Source: Kondoa subrosea (lineage: Eukaryota). Taken from it: a stretch of 64,000 nt of DNA. This document shows, one piece after another, positions 27,801 to 40,958 of this stretch. A program made the translations under genes and the position numbers. The notes under the pieces were generated by a model. The model ran no database searches, was not told the origin of the DNA, and saw nothing but the letters and a program-made list of their open reading frames with translations. The stretch lies in the NCBI GenBank assembly GCA_039545335.1, contig BCIN01000007.1:1294530-1358529 (forward strand), written 5' to 3'. Every line of letters starts with the position of its first letter. Position 1 is the first letter of the stretch.

Positions 27801-30800
27801 ATGTAAGCTATTTTGTATAGCTGATTGTAGATTGCCCTAGATCTCGAGTAAGCCAATACCAGACTGAATCGCGACACATCTGACCTGCCGCTGCTGTGCG
27901 ATTGAATTCACATGACAAGCAGTAGCGAACAGCGCTGTGTTAGCTACCCGTTGAGCGATTTTGTCTCGAGGCCGACTGCTTTCGCCAGCTTCGCAAACTT
28001 CGTACGTCGATTTCGCCTGATCAAGCAATGACGAGCTGTATGATTGCGTCAGCTGCTTGTGCTATGAGGGCGACGGCGACTTCACCTACAGTTGAGTGAT
28101 GTTGCCCGACGATGCAGCATGTTCCGCTATGGCCAAGAACATGCGAGTCTCTAATGCTGCAGGCAAGGTGAAAGTAATACTTGCTCTCGATGCATAAGCT
28201 GATGTAGATGTCAAGAGACTGCCGGCCTTGTGCAGAAGCCCGAGCTGGAGATATTCTTGCGCGAGATCTACCGACGTGGACACGAACACTGAGAGCAACG
28301 TATGAGTATGTTAACGAGCATTGTTTCCTTCAATCGTCACCTTCGAACTTGTTTTGCTGCTGATCGTGATCGGCTGAAAGTTTGCGTAAGCAGCGAAGAT
28401 AATCAACTCGCAGAGCCGTATGTCCCAAAGTCCGGAGTAGATCAGCCATGAGTACTGCACGCAAGGATCAAGTGTTTGTCTGATGATCTAAAGTCGACTT
28501 ACTCAGCTGTTCCAAAAATTTGCTCGAGCTGCAATCTGGCGGCAAGGGTTTTGCATGTGCCGCTGCATTCCCAGCCGCCAAGTGAGAAGTCTTTTGAGGA
28601 GGAGTGTTGAGTTCTATCCGTCCAGTCGGTGTGAGGACGGTGACTGTGCGCCGAAGATGCGACATACCTTGTAAAAGGCGTTTAGTTGCTCTTTTGGGCT
28701 TTGGCGTCTTCGGAGGCGCAGACGATGCAGCCAGAATTGGTAGCTCGACCTCAATGACCACTGCTGGCTCGCTTATGACCTTGCTGGGAGATCCAGTTGG
28801 TAGAGTCGCGTCCAATGCTTGAATAGCAGCCTGCGCAGCCGCGACTACTCGAGATCCGAGTATGGATGGTTGCTGATGCAGATAGAAAGCAAACTGAATC
28901 TGAGCTGATGCCAACAGATGAGGTATGTTCTCCGCCAATAAACCGTCCCTGCCAAAAGTCTGCACGTGCATGAGAAAGGGAAGCAGCTTCATAGAGCGGA
29001 TTTACCTCTAGAGCAGTTAATCTAGCAATCTCTTGTGCAATTGATTCTGGATCTGCACCAGTTGAGCATGTTGTCGCTTGTTCTAGTTGCATCAGTAGTG
29101 TCCTAACAGAGGGTGAGTCGTCCTCCGAGACGTCATATCAATAAGGCACACCTGACTCGACGAAGCGGAAATATTGAAGCATCGTAGAGCTTTAGCAATC
29201 CTTCGAGCAATTGAGAAACTGCTTCAACTGCTTCCTTTTTGTGCAAGCTGAGATGTAAAGCGGCAATTTGTTCTTCTAGTACCAAGCCAATCGCACCTGG
29301 ATCCAGCTGCTGCTCGATGAGTATACTTGCTAAGTTGTATTCGTTAGCCGACTTCAATAGATCAAGCACACCAATCCTCGTAAATCGCTGTATAGTTTTA
29401 GAAAGTGCAGGCAGCTTTTCCACTATTTGTGGTTGATTCGTAAATGCTTCAAGTTGTGCATAGAATGACTTCTGGCGAGATTGGATGGCTTTGAGATAAG
29501 TTCGATATGCGTCCTACATGTCGAGAATCAGCTGTTGCACGTGAATCGATTCTGCCACAACCCACCTCTTTTTCGCCAATAGCGTATAAGGAGCTAGCCA
29601 GGAATTCTAGCCTGGTAGTTAAAGATGTCTGCAACGCTTCAACATCTTTGTGATCGGGGAAAGTGCGCAATGCTTCTGCCGCTATCAAACACGCACGCCG
29701 AACGAATCTCACTGCGGTAGAATCACCTGTTGAGCCTTCTAAAGTTTGTCGAGCCAGACCACCCATATTGTAGAAGGCAGTCGATACACAGCGCGCGAAA
29801 TGAAAGGAATGCATTGTTCCCGTAGCAGTGGTGATCAGAGGTGTGGTACGATCGAGATAGTTGTAGGCTTTGTTGGCAGAAGAGGGCAAAGCGAGTCGAG
29901 CGAGGTGAAGTAGCGAGTCGATGGCACCACCTTGAAATGCTTCCAAGTCTTCATTCACCTCATCCGTTGTCTATAACCTGTCAGTAGAAGCTCGAGACGG
30001 AAGCGAAACGATCTACCTCCGATATCCGCTCAACGCAGCTGGCTAAAAGATCCAGCAGGTTTTCAAGACTCGTCTTCTCGTCTTGTGTGACTTTCTCGAC
30101 CTCCTTTATACCCTTGAAACAGCTACTTCGAAGCCTCTCCAGATTTTCGCTTCCTTTACAATTGAATTCTGTTATCCACTCAGCAACAGAATTCAGGTTG
30201 TCGGCAGGGAACAGCGCAGAAGATTTCCTCCATCGATCCAGAAGCATGCTTGCTGACAAGAGATCTGCTTCTGCTGTTTCTGGTATACCTTCTGATGATG
30301 AAGTGGTGCTGCTTTTGGGCGATAAACGGGAAACGAATTCAACTAGCGATAGATTATCTAGTCTTTTGGCGATTTGGAGAAGCGCATCAAGAACCGATTT
30401 GAATGCTTTGTGGTCCTTCTTCGGTGACAAAAGATCGCAGAAAGGAGTGAAGAGATTCAGAAAGGCTGTTGCATCGAATGGCTTTATCGGACCTGAATGG
30501 ACAGAAATTCAGCTAAGAACCGATTTTTGTAGTGGCAGGGACTGGCCATTGAGTAATCCTTCCGATCGAAAGAATAGCAAGACGACTTTTTTTACTTGAT
30601 CCCAAAAGGCTTCAACTCGTTTCTTTTCTAGTTCCTCCAAATCTTCTGCGGCTTTCGCAAATGTTGCAGTCTTTGTAAAACATGCACATGCATACAAGCG
30701 CAATTGGAGTACTTCAAGCGACGCGGGTCTGTCTTCGGTCAGAGCTTCCAAAGTAGCGGTTGATTTGAGGATCAGCGAATAAATGGAAAACATGATGGAC

Positions 30801-31667
30801 TCGGATTTCTTCTTGTCTTGACATATCTCATTCCAGTGCAGACAAGAGCCGGATGATTGAGAAGATAAAACCGAGGCGAGACTCGTTACGAGTGGTTTCC
30901 AATTACTTGACGTATCTTGAGCAGGCCGAAGGAGGGAAGCTAAAAGCTGAAATTGTGTTGCGAGGATAAGATGTGCTATATCTACAGGCAGCTCTGGTTC
31001 CGCAAGAGGAAACAGCAAAGCTTCATGAGGTTTCTTCATGATCGATATTTGATTCTTCGGAAGATAGAGTTGCAGTAGGGCTACAGATATAGCCAAGAGC
31101 TCTTTGAGAGCCAGATCGTACTGTAAGAAGTATTGGCAATCTATTCCTACATTGTCTTCTATGACATACCATTTTCAGTTCGACAAGCAATCCACAGAGT
31201 GTACTGGCCGCCTTCTCCACATTGAATTGATCCTTTTGACTTGTAGCATCATTGCTTGCTTGCCTTTCTCTTAGATTAGTCAATGCAGCAGACGCTTTAG
31301 CTACATGGACTTTCGCTTGACTGATCGCTTTGCTTCTATCACTTCCTCCGGGCACTGGAGATCCATGAGTTTCAATCGATGATGTAGAAGAAGCCTTCAA
31401 CGCGTTCGTAAGGAAGGAAAGCGTTGTATTGATCGTTCGCATATGCAGAGCTGGATTCGTAACAGGCTGCACAGCTTGAGCCAGGGATCCATCTGATTGA
31501 CTCGACCTGACAACTTTGGCTTTGGCCACAGCTGTACGTCTAGCAGGTTTGGCATCGGCTACAGCCAAAGTAGAGATTTGTGAAGTCAAGGAATCAACAA
31601 CATTTCTAGTCGACCGGGTTCGCGTAGGAGCAGGTGGAATCGGGGCTTTGCGCGTCCTTGTGCTCAT
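24819..31667 (-). CDS. ESP1: Separase (peptidase C50), multi-exon
   Basis: WWTERRELD, LVLDKQTQAFPWES, SRIPS, LLNPGGDL, YFGHGGAEQY (catalytic His), LFGCSSG (catalytic Cys), VANLWDVTDKDIDRF, YLNGAAPVVFGIP; long helical N-terminus. Confidence 0.95.
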
Positions 31668-32142
31668 AGGGTATCAGCCAGAGCGGCTTCCAAGCTGGTA
31701 TACTTCGCCGAGTGAGTAGAAAACAACTTTACGATAAACAGCGAAGTGCTTCCTTGTTCCTTTGGCGCTCTCACTGACTCTACCGTGCCCAATGTGGTCG
31801 CTTGCCGTATAGCGCGAACCACATACTTTGTCATCATTTCAATCAGTACTACAAGTTGAGCTCTGCGCAATGGAGGTTATTAAGCTTTCTCATCTGACTG
31901 GCTCTTTTTGCAAAGAATCCTGGCGCAGATCGCGCTGATTCGAGACCTATGCTTTCGCGCTGCAGAGAACTCCTGTTATAACTCCTATTGTGCCTTTTTC
32001 ACTTTCCCTCAGGCGTGTATTTAGTGATAGATGAAGTTTGCATCGAGTCTGCCTAGACTCCCAGATCGTGGATGACGTAGGGTCAGTGTCTCCTAGGCCA
32101 AAACGCGTCTCTTCTTTCTCTTTCAACCGTACACACTCTACC

Positions 32143-32621
32143 ATGGCAACCAACAACAATGCATCTACATCCTTCGTGACTGAAGCAGTCAGCAGTGTGC
32201 ATACTAGAGGAGCGTCTGAGCAGTCAGTCTTGACATCTACGTGTCGTTGCTCCGCTGACTGACATATTCGCGCACAGTTCATTGGACTCTCCCTTGGGAT
32301 CTCCCTTTCCAGAAAATGCTGCTACTTTAGCTGCAACTCCCATGTGTTCGTTTGCTCTTTAAGGTTCTTCTGTTCAGAAACTGACTCCTGTGTTTCAGTT
32401 GACGATTATTCGGAAGTCAATGCAGAGCTCAATGCTCATTACAAGAATATGCTATACCGCGTGGATGAAATGAACATCAGATCGCGATTGATCGCGTAAG
32501 CTTCTCTTGTTCTCATTTGGCTAGTATTTTGCTTATCCTGCATACTGCATACCACAGAGAGAACTACAAGTCTATCCTGTCAAACATCAAGTCCATCTAT
32601 GGCAATCAGAAAGATCACTAG
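32143..32621 (+). CDS. Small hypothetical coiled-coil-like protein, multi-exon
   Basis: ATG in good context; clear last intron GTAAGC..CAG joining DDYSEVNAELNAHYKNMLYRVDEMNIRSRLIA|ENYKSILSNIKSIYGNQKDH*. The 5' exon structure is uncertain. Confidence 0.5.
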
Positions 32622-32894
32622 TCGCGCTACTACTTCGCTACTGTACATAATGTTGAGGTTTAGCCTATGCAATAAGACCTCCTTGTAAATATGCGTCTAA
32701 GCAATCTTGAGCAAAAACTTTCGGAATTCCCTGATCTGCGACTGTCAAATTCTGCTATTTGAGCACAGTGCAGTACTAAGCGCTGCTATCTGTCTGGCTT
32801 GCACGTTTCTTCCCAGTCAGGTCTCATACGATTTCTTGAGGTCCGATTGAAGGACTGTCCCGTTATTCTCTCCTGCATTCTACATTTTTGCGTG

Positions 32895-33925
32895 ATGTCT
32901 TCCGCGTCTTCAAAGAGCAATCAAAAATCCGAATATCTGACTCGGAAGGAGCCAAGTACTCCCAATGACTATTGCATTTTCATGGCCTATATATATGGCT
33001 AGTGGGCATTTGCAAATTCCGTCGGACAGCTCTCGTAAAGCTGACCTGGTGTACGTTAGCAACAAAACTCACGAATGGGTGCAAATTGACGCGAGAAGGC
33101 CTATTGAAAAAGATCTTCACAAGAAGGGTCCAGCAGCTATAGCAAATACAAGAGTGAAGTTATCAGCTCAATTCAATTCGAAATGAAGCATTGTGTTTCT
33201 TGGGATTGTGCTGCGGGATGTGGCAGACCAGCGCACGAATTACTGTAGGTATTCGTCTCAGTACTTGTTGAAATACTAATGATGCACTTGGACCATAGTC
33301 AGCGAAGCGGCCATCATATCGACGGTCGCAACGATCCATCTATCTTGGACTATGTGCATGCCATCTGCCGTACAAGCAGCAGAAGTTGCATGATGGCTTT
33401 GAAGGAGCAGGAGAATATGCTTCAAGGGAACGGTCTGCTGAAAAAGATGGAAGCTCCTGAATGGGTATACAACAATGAACCTTCACCTTGGCCAGCTACT
33501 GCTTCGTGTGGTCATTGTCACGATCATAAAGCCAACCTACAAGATGGTTTAAGGCGTTGCAGTCGGTATGGTTCATCTGCTCTCTAAGCTGCGCCAATAA
33601 GGCCAAACCTCCCATTCTGAACAGATGTCGCACTATTAGATATTGTGACGGAGAATGTCAGCGACTGGATTGGCCAAGGCATAAATCACAATGCAAGCGA
33701 GTGAGTGCCCTTGGACTGCACTGAGCTGAACCTGACAGCCAAATACAGATTGACAAGGTCATCTTTGAGCCAAGATGGTCAGAGGAACGATTGGCACATC
33801 AACGGGAGACTGCTGTAGATGAGCTTGCTCGGACAGCCCAAAGACTACGGGAAGGCGGCTTCCTGGAAAAGCGTGGTGGGTGGGCTGAAGAGGAAAAGGC
33901 TGAGAGAGCTGTGAAGGGGTTGTAG
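32895..33925 (+). CDS. MYND zinc-finger protein
   Basis: CGHC...LRRCSR|CRTIRYCDGECQRLDWPRHKSQC assembled across introns. Confidence 0.8.
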
Positions 33926-34224
33926 GCATTGAAGCTTGAAGTATCAGTCAAAGTTCTTGCAGTATTACGATAACAAATTGAAATTACAAAGACCAGGATC
34001 CGTGCCGTGGCATTTATCAGGCTCAACGGTCAGAGCTGCAGACTGTGTGATGGCAGTGTATAAAAGTAGAATCGTTGAAATGGAATTCACCATTAAGTTG
34101 ATGTAGGCTGCCGGGATTTTCAAGATACTAGCGTTACTTGAGCAAACGGAAAGGAAGACGTATACAGAGAAAGAAGCACAGAGCAAAATTCGAAGGATGG
34201 TATACCAGCATTTGATGATTTTGT

Positions 34225-35024
34225 TCATTTCAAGCTGACTATCGCCTCGATCTATTCGCAGCCGATGTTTGAGTCAAGAGTCTGGTCAATTACTTCATGA
34301 AGATTTACCTCGAACAAGCAACCTTTCGGTAAACCAGCGACCTGCGATGCTTGCTGATCAGATACATTACTGTTGATAGAGGAATAGTATACCTCAACGC
34401 AGCTTCTAGCAGGTTTGTGACCTTCGAACCTTGTTTCATAGATTTTGTTAATGGCAGCAAAGTCGCTCATCTATTCATCATTGCTTCAACATCTGCCTAA
34501 TTGAAGGGGAAAAGAAAGGAACGCACGTTCTTGAGGAAAACAGTCGTCTTGACTACTTTTGACATACTAGAACCAGCAGCTTCCACTACTTCTTTCAAGT
34601 TGGTCAGCGCTTGTTCAGCTTCCGCTTCTACTCCGCCTTTAACTAGTTCCTACTCTTTCGATCATCAGCTGAGAGTAATCAGTAGAGAGGGAGCTTACGC
34701 CTGTTTTGGGGTCCAACGCTATGCATCCAGAAGTATAGAGCACATCGCCAAGTTTCATAGCTTGGACATAAGGCTATAAATTACCAATCAGACGAAGAAA
34801 GAAATGAGACCAGAGAGTATGCCATACGCCGACTGCTCCTGGAGCTTTATCGGTGTCTTATTGTGCACAAATGAATGGAAAGTCGAATCGAACGAGAGTA
34901 AGCCGTACGGACTACTTGCATGCTCTGAACTACGCGTCAGAACGCATTCGATGCACACAGAAGCGGAGTGACAGACCATAGTCCTACTTGTATGAGAGAA
35001 AGCTCGACTGGCTGATCGAAACAT
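34225..35024 (-). CDS. MMF1: RidA/YjgF/YER057c enamine deaminase, probable mitochondrial presequence
   Basis: DKAPGAVG..YVQAMK..LYTSGCIALDP..EQALTNLKEVVEAAGS..VVKTTVFLKN|MSDFAAINKIY..KPARSCVE|VAGLPKGCLFE|IEAIV. Confidence 0.92.
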
Positions 35025-35072
35025 ACATGTCTTTTCCTACATCAGCGACTTGCTTGCTGCTTGCTGGCTCGT

Positions 35073-35433
35073 ATGACAAGTAAAGAAGACTATGTCACAC
35101 CTCCTAGTCTATCACCTTTGCAGCAAGAAGTCTTAAGTGAATACAAACGATTGAACACAAATCTCGAAACTGTCCGCTTTCATCTCTACCTGTTACTTGG
35201 TTCTTATGCTTAATGATATATTCCATTAGTTGACCAACCTCACTCATGATCTCTCACAAACTCAACCTGAAATCCTCGAGCAATTACGACCATTGGAACA
35301 GAGATTGGGCTTGGTCTTGACCCTGTTCAAAGCGAGCGTTTATGCTTATCTGAGTCAGGAGGAAGCTAGAGCTGAAGAGAAAGCGGAGGAAGAGAGTAGG
35401 AAGGCAAAGTCGGGAGCTGCTGGAAGGAGGTGA
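35073..35433 (+). CDS. DAD3: DASH/Dam1 complex subunit Dad3, 2 exons
   Basis: LSPLQQEVLSEYKRLNTNLET|LTNL...EILEQLRPLEQRLGLVLTLFKASVY matches the Dad3 pattern. Confidence 0.88.
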
Positions 35434-35655
35434 TATTTGAGATTGCTAGGTAGGAAATCGACGTAAAAGAAATCGACTGGGCTGCTGTAGGGAAGGGACA
35501 ATTTGTACGAGGATAGAGTGTAGAGTGCATTGTATAGATCGAAGTGTACAATTATATAATCTAGTCATAATGATAAGCCTACTCCGCAATTGAAACTGCA
35601 AGTCGAACTCACAGTATGCGTTAACAACTGAGCAACCTGTATCCCTAGATCTCTT

Positions 35656-36485
35656 CTACTTATTATCTGATTCACAGCATTAGTCGGCACGCGCAATCTC
35701 GAACGGCATTACTCACACCACAGAAGTGTCTTCAAGTTGGACCATTTCTCGCCTGGCCACAACCATCAGCATGACGCCATCACAACAAGGAAGAAAGACT
35801 AACTATCAAGATACAGATAGTTCATACTGCTGACCATTCCACCTGCCAGTCTTTCCTTCTCATTCGCAAACTGATACATGACCATTCCCCAAACCAGTGC
35901 AGCCAATCCCTCGAAAATCCTCTTATCCATCGGTTGACTCTTTCCTTTACCCATTCCTGTTGCAGTGGACGTTTGACTTGAAAGAGGAACAGAAGATTGT
36001 TGTCTGGGTAAGAAAGAAGTGATTACTCTTGATAAAACATAAAGCACAATTTGTTCGTTGATAGCTGTCCTTTCACCGAAGACTAACCAACCACCAATAA
36101 GACCAGCGAAAAAGGTATCCAATGGTCTTTCCCTTTTAGAAGTTGTAGTACTTGACATTGTTCTTTGTAAAAGTAACATTGCTTTATAGATGGAAACGAA
36201 TTTTGCTAGATTCAAAGCATGCGTTTTGGTAGCTTGATAGATAAAGACCAATCTGCTTAGCCATCTGAATCAAATTGTAACGCAACATAGCATAAAATCT
36301 GAGCATGTGAATGAAGTCAATGAAAGGAGAACAGCTTACGGTCCTCGGCCAAACAATAAAGACATGAGAAGAGCATGCGGAGCCCGAACTTTGGCCCCAT
36401 ACACAGCTCCATTCCTTGCTCCCTTCAAAATCGCAAAGATGTCATGATAACGAGGATCCAAAGCTATTGAGCGGAGAGCGTCCAT
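35656..36485 (-). CDS. PXMP4: Peroxisomal membrane protein 4 (PXMP4/PMP24, Tim17 family)
   Basis: DPRYHDIFAILKGARNGAVYGAKVRAPHAL; ATKTHALNLAKFV; DTFFAGLIGGWLVFG; INEQIVLYVLSRV; SSMNYLYLDS. Confidence 0.92.
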
Positions 36486-36965
36486 TCTGTGCTTGCTGTA
36501 CGCTTGAAGTAATACTGCTACGCTGTATAACTCTGAGAAGGTGGCCGTAGCGGATAGAGAAGAGAGTCAAGGTGCAAGCCTCGCTTGTCCGCATCGGTCA
36601 ACGCCTTACTAATGACTTGGAATCCTTAGGAATACTTCTTGTTGCGGATAGAAGTCTGCTGGAAGGTCACGGTACCGGTAGTTGTCTCGAGATTCCGCAA
36701 CAATTCATTGACACAGGCTGCAAGATTGATTCCGCAAGCTTCGTCACGAAAGCTATTTCTCTTCTGATTGTCCCACTCAAGCCTGTCTTTGAGCGTTCAA
36801 CGAATCCTGTGTTCTTTGTCTGCTCCCTCTGCCCTCTCTCTTTATGTACGTGTGAACTCTTCCATCATATCTGATAGAGCCGGCTCTTGAAGACATGTAC
36901 TACCTGCGGACGTGTACCTGATAGGGACTTGGTCAATCGAATCAGCTGAAGCCTGACTCGTCAAC

Positions 36966-38236
36966 TCACCACTGGTACCCTGTCATACTGGAGCTAGATG
37001 ACCAAAAGGATCTTCCAGTTTCTATGAGAGTTGTGGTCCAATCCAACGCATCAAGTCCAGAATCTTTTTCAATCTCCTCTTTCGTTGCAGACTCTTGTAG
37101 CGTGGATCGTACGCATTTCTTCTTATGACCGTTTTTCCAGCTATTGACCGCGCATTGCTGACTGCAATCTGAACACATATAATCAAGAATAGTCAGGTTT
37201 TTCTTTTCTGGTTCACGGAAAGGTGAGATTGCGGACTTACAGCTCATTATTTTGCATTGGGAACATAATTTGAACTTCGATCTATTCTCATCCGTTGCTT
37301 GTCTTCCGCAATTGCAACAGCCATGTAGAACCTCATCACGCTTTAGGAGCTGAAACTCAGCAGATGATTCAGAGGAACCCACCATCGTCGGCACTGTCCC
37401 TTTGAAATCCTTGTCCTTGAAATAACGCTTGACGAAAGGAACCATCAATAACTTCCTAGTTTCAAACGACTCAAATTTATCGTATTCGAGTTTCAAAGAA
37501 TTGAGCAATCGGAGAATCTTTTTTGAAGTGATAGGATATTCTAGTAGAGCTTGAATGCACCCCAATCTAGCAGGAACCAATTCATCTATATCAGGATTTA
37601 TTTGTAATATCATATCGATTGCTTGATTGAAAGACATAGGTTTATCGTAATAAGATGTGAATGTTGTCTTTTCTAGCAAGGCTCGACATTCTAAAGGTGC
37701 GAATCGACATAGATCTAGGACAAGGTTGGAATGTTCTTTGACCAGAAAATCAAATGCGTAGCCTCGATTAATGCACTCTTCTCTTTTACCAGTAGCCAAG
37801 AAGAGGAAACGATGAAGAATGGTGACGAAGAGGATTGGGATATATTTGCGTGGAGCTACTCGAGAACTACCTGCATCGTGTAGGAGGAATTTCGTCAATA
37901 GGCAGGCCTATAGCATATCGAATCAGCCTCGCAATTTAGTGGACGGACAAAAAGAGTGCACACAGAATGATGTCGTTGATTTCTAGGTTCCTTCAAGGCT
38001 TCACAAAGCACTACTAACTCCTCAGCTGAGAAAATCCTCCCTGCGATTTGAGCTCTTGAGAATTCTTCTAAATCTGGTACACCACTCCGGATAACGGCTT
38101 TGGTTCCATGTAAAGCAGTGAAAGTGACTTCCCACATTTCCATTTTGATTAATGAAAGCAGACGTTCGACTCGAGCACGGCATTCCTTTATTCGCGCTTG
38201 AGAAGCTAGGTCTTCAGCAGGGCCGGAAAACGACAT
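36966..38236 (-). CDS. MYND zinc-finger protein
   Basis: CCNCG...FKLCSQCKIMS|.CSQQCAVNSWKNGHKKKC; unrecognised helical N-terminal region. Confidence 0.78.
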
Positions 38237-38604
38237 AGAACAGCAGCCAGAAGAGATGATTATACACCAAGATGAGCGTCGCACTTCCCAGCAAGAGAGC
38301 TGGCTGCTGGACTGTCAATCCCCGGACCTGTCGCACTGTGTGTCGGGACGGGGGCAGACAGAGCTCAACAACGCGCAGAGCATACATTGATTGGTATAGT
38401 GTTTCGAGCAGACTGAGCACGTCCAATGTCTCGCATAGTGTTATTTGATCCCGGAGGCCGTTACCTGCTTCGTTCTACATATTTTGTTTCCCGTTTGCAC
38501 CTGCGCGAGTAATACCATCATCTTCCGCTGACCGGAAATTCTGCTCTTCTTGGTTCACATTTTCCAACAGAATTGCAGCCTCTTCGTCCATCTGCTTGAC
38601 CTGT

Positions 38605-40420
38605 TCATAGGGCTTGTTTATTCCTCTTTTGAGCTCTGATGACCTCTAAGTTCCAATCTGTACGTAAAACATGTCTCGCAAGGAGCACTCCGTTGAGCAG
38701 CAGACTTGTCGCTACTCCAGTCCATAATCCTATCAAGCCCATTTGAGGAGGACCGAAAGTCAGATAGAGCGCAAAGGGTATAGCAATAAGCCAGTAAGAG
38801 ATGAGCAGATCTAGAAATATAGAGATCACGGTGTTAAAGGCCAGCTTTGATACTGGAGATGCGGAAACGAACAGATTGCACCACCTTTCGTTCTTCCGCA
38901 TCCAAACAAGCATCCCATGCTGACGGCTTCGAACGCGTCGACTATTTGATAAGCACAAACCTGTCATACAAGCATATCAGCCAATGCCGACCAATAACTT
39001 ACGACATAATGTCTTACCATAAAAATCTATTGAGAGCATCGTCTAAGGTATGGAGTAGTTGCAAGATATAATGACCGACTGACCGTTTTATTGAGCAGTG
39101 CAAGTACAGCTTCATCGGTGCTAAGTAGTTTTGCGACCATGTTTCGAGTGAAGAACAATGCGACAGAACCAATACAGCCCAGGCCTGCAGCAGCACAGAG
39201 AGCTACACGGGCGCACATTTCACCATTGATAGCATCTAAATTCTGGTCATGAAGCAGAGTAATATCGGCAGAAGAGACTTGAGCGAACCTCCTGCTCCCA
39301 GTAGATTACCAATTCTGATAGCAGCAGCGAAGCCGCAACCTGTATAAGGGCGATAAAACATTTGGGCGATCTGAACCAATATGGCATGTGCTGCTAGCGG
39401 TGTAGCACCTAACCAACCTGAGGCGAAAGCGACAAATTCGTCAGCCATCCTATTGCATACTTCTTTTCAGTCCCTTGCAAAAATATAGAGTAGATAAAAC
39501 AGACCATTCTCCCGATTCCAAAGCTAAACCTGCTGCACCTAATGTCCACACGGATGACCATCCTCTGAAGACAGACCATTGAAATCCACCCCAACCAGTC
39601 CTTGGAGCCAGGTAATAGCAATCGAGCAGATAGAGAATGGCCATAAGATTGTATGACATGGAAGTAGCTAATGGTGAGCCTAAGAAGCCGATACCGATTG
39701 ACGAAGACCATACGAGCAGGTAGTTGCTCAGAGCGTTGAAAGGTGCAATGACGAGTAAAACCTTTGAGAGTGATCAGAAAACGATAATGCTTTCAGGTGT
39801 GTAAGAGGAGATGACGCACGTAAATTGGAGTTCTTACTCGTCCCTGATGTTGCAACCTGCCAGGAAGTCAGTTTGATGATGCAAGGGGAGAGAGAGAGAC
39901 ATGTCACCACTTCCTCTACACACTGCGCTAATGATATAACCCGGAATGCTCAACATGCTCACCCGCAGATATTGACCTGCTAAAGTAGACAATGCCGCCT
40001 CTTGACCCAAAGCGAGGAACATCATCTCTCCATTCCAAATTCCAACCATAGGTAAGATCAAAGCAGTGCAAATGACCAAAACGCATCTCAGACGTGCAAA
40101 CTCATCATTTCAGGGTTGGGAGAAGTCCACGCTTGAGAACAAAGCGTATCGAGGCTTGAAGCGAATCCGCCAATGACGGAATAGCAAACAATGTTCATCA
40201 TGATTACCGCCATTGATGCGCTTGACAATTCTATAGTGCCTAGGTGACCGACGGAAACGACTGTGGTTATCGTAAGAGTTGATTGTAAGAGTTGAGTGAT
40301 CACTATAGGAGAAGCATAACGGATGATAATGCGCAATTCTTGCTGTGGAGTACTTGTCGGATGCAAGATTGGTTTGACAGGCGGATAGGAAGAAAGCTCA
40401 AAATGATCTGCTTTACTCAT
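38605..40420 (-). CDS. MATE family efflux transporter, multi-exon
   Basis: YASPIVITQLLQ..SVGHLGTIELS..SSLDTLCSQAW; GIGFLGSPLA; LGATPLAAHAI..IRIGNLLGAG; SYWLIAIP..MGLIGLWTG..TDWNLEV. Confidence 0.92.
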
Positions 40421-40958
40421 AGTGAAATACGATGGGAGATGAAGAGAGGAGAGAAGGAGGATTAGGCAGGCCTCATAGACAGTCCTGTACGTATAAAGCC
40501 GCAAGGAAACAGAAAGACAAGAAGGGCTATGAAGTACAACATTGCGGCGCATTGCAATGCTATTGTATTACGAGCATAGAAATCCCCACGCTCGAAGCTC
40601 GCTAGCCACCAAGACAGAAGACACGAACAGAAGAAAAGACAAAGACAAAGGAGGACACATCCAGAAGATGTACATCGAAGTTCTCTGGCGAGTCAGCATC
40701 TGAGTCCTTCGCTTCTCTCCTCTCTCAAGGATCAACTACTCCTTTTCTGAGCTCTCAACCTAAGAGACTCTAGTGGTGTGTCCGGGTCTGCCCGCAATCA
40801 CTTGTCTTTGAGCTGTTGGTGGAGTCGAGGTCTTTCTGCAACCATTAGCTAGACTCGCCTTCAAAGCCAGTTCTACGCCCTTACAACTACATCACTCTCA
40901 CCAGTCTCCAGCAAATCAAGAGACGTTCCCTTCCCACTCTTTGTCTTTTACGAAAAAA

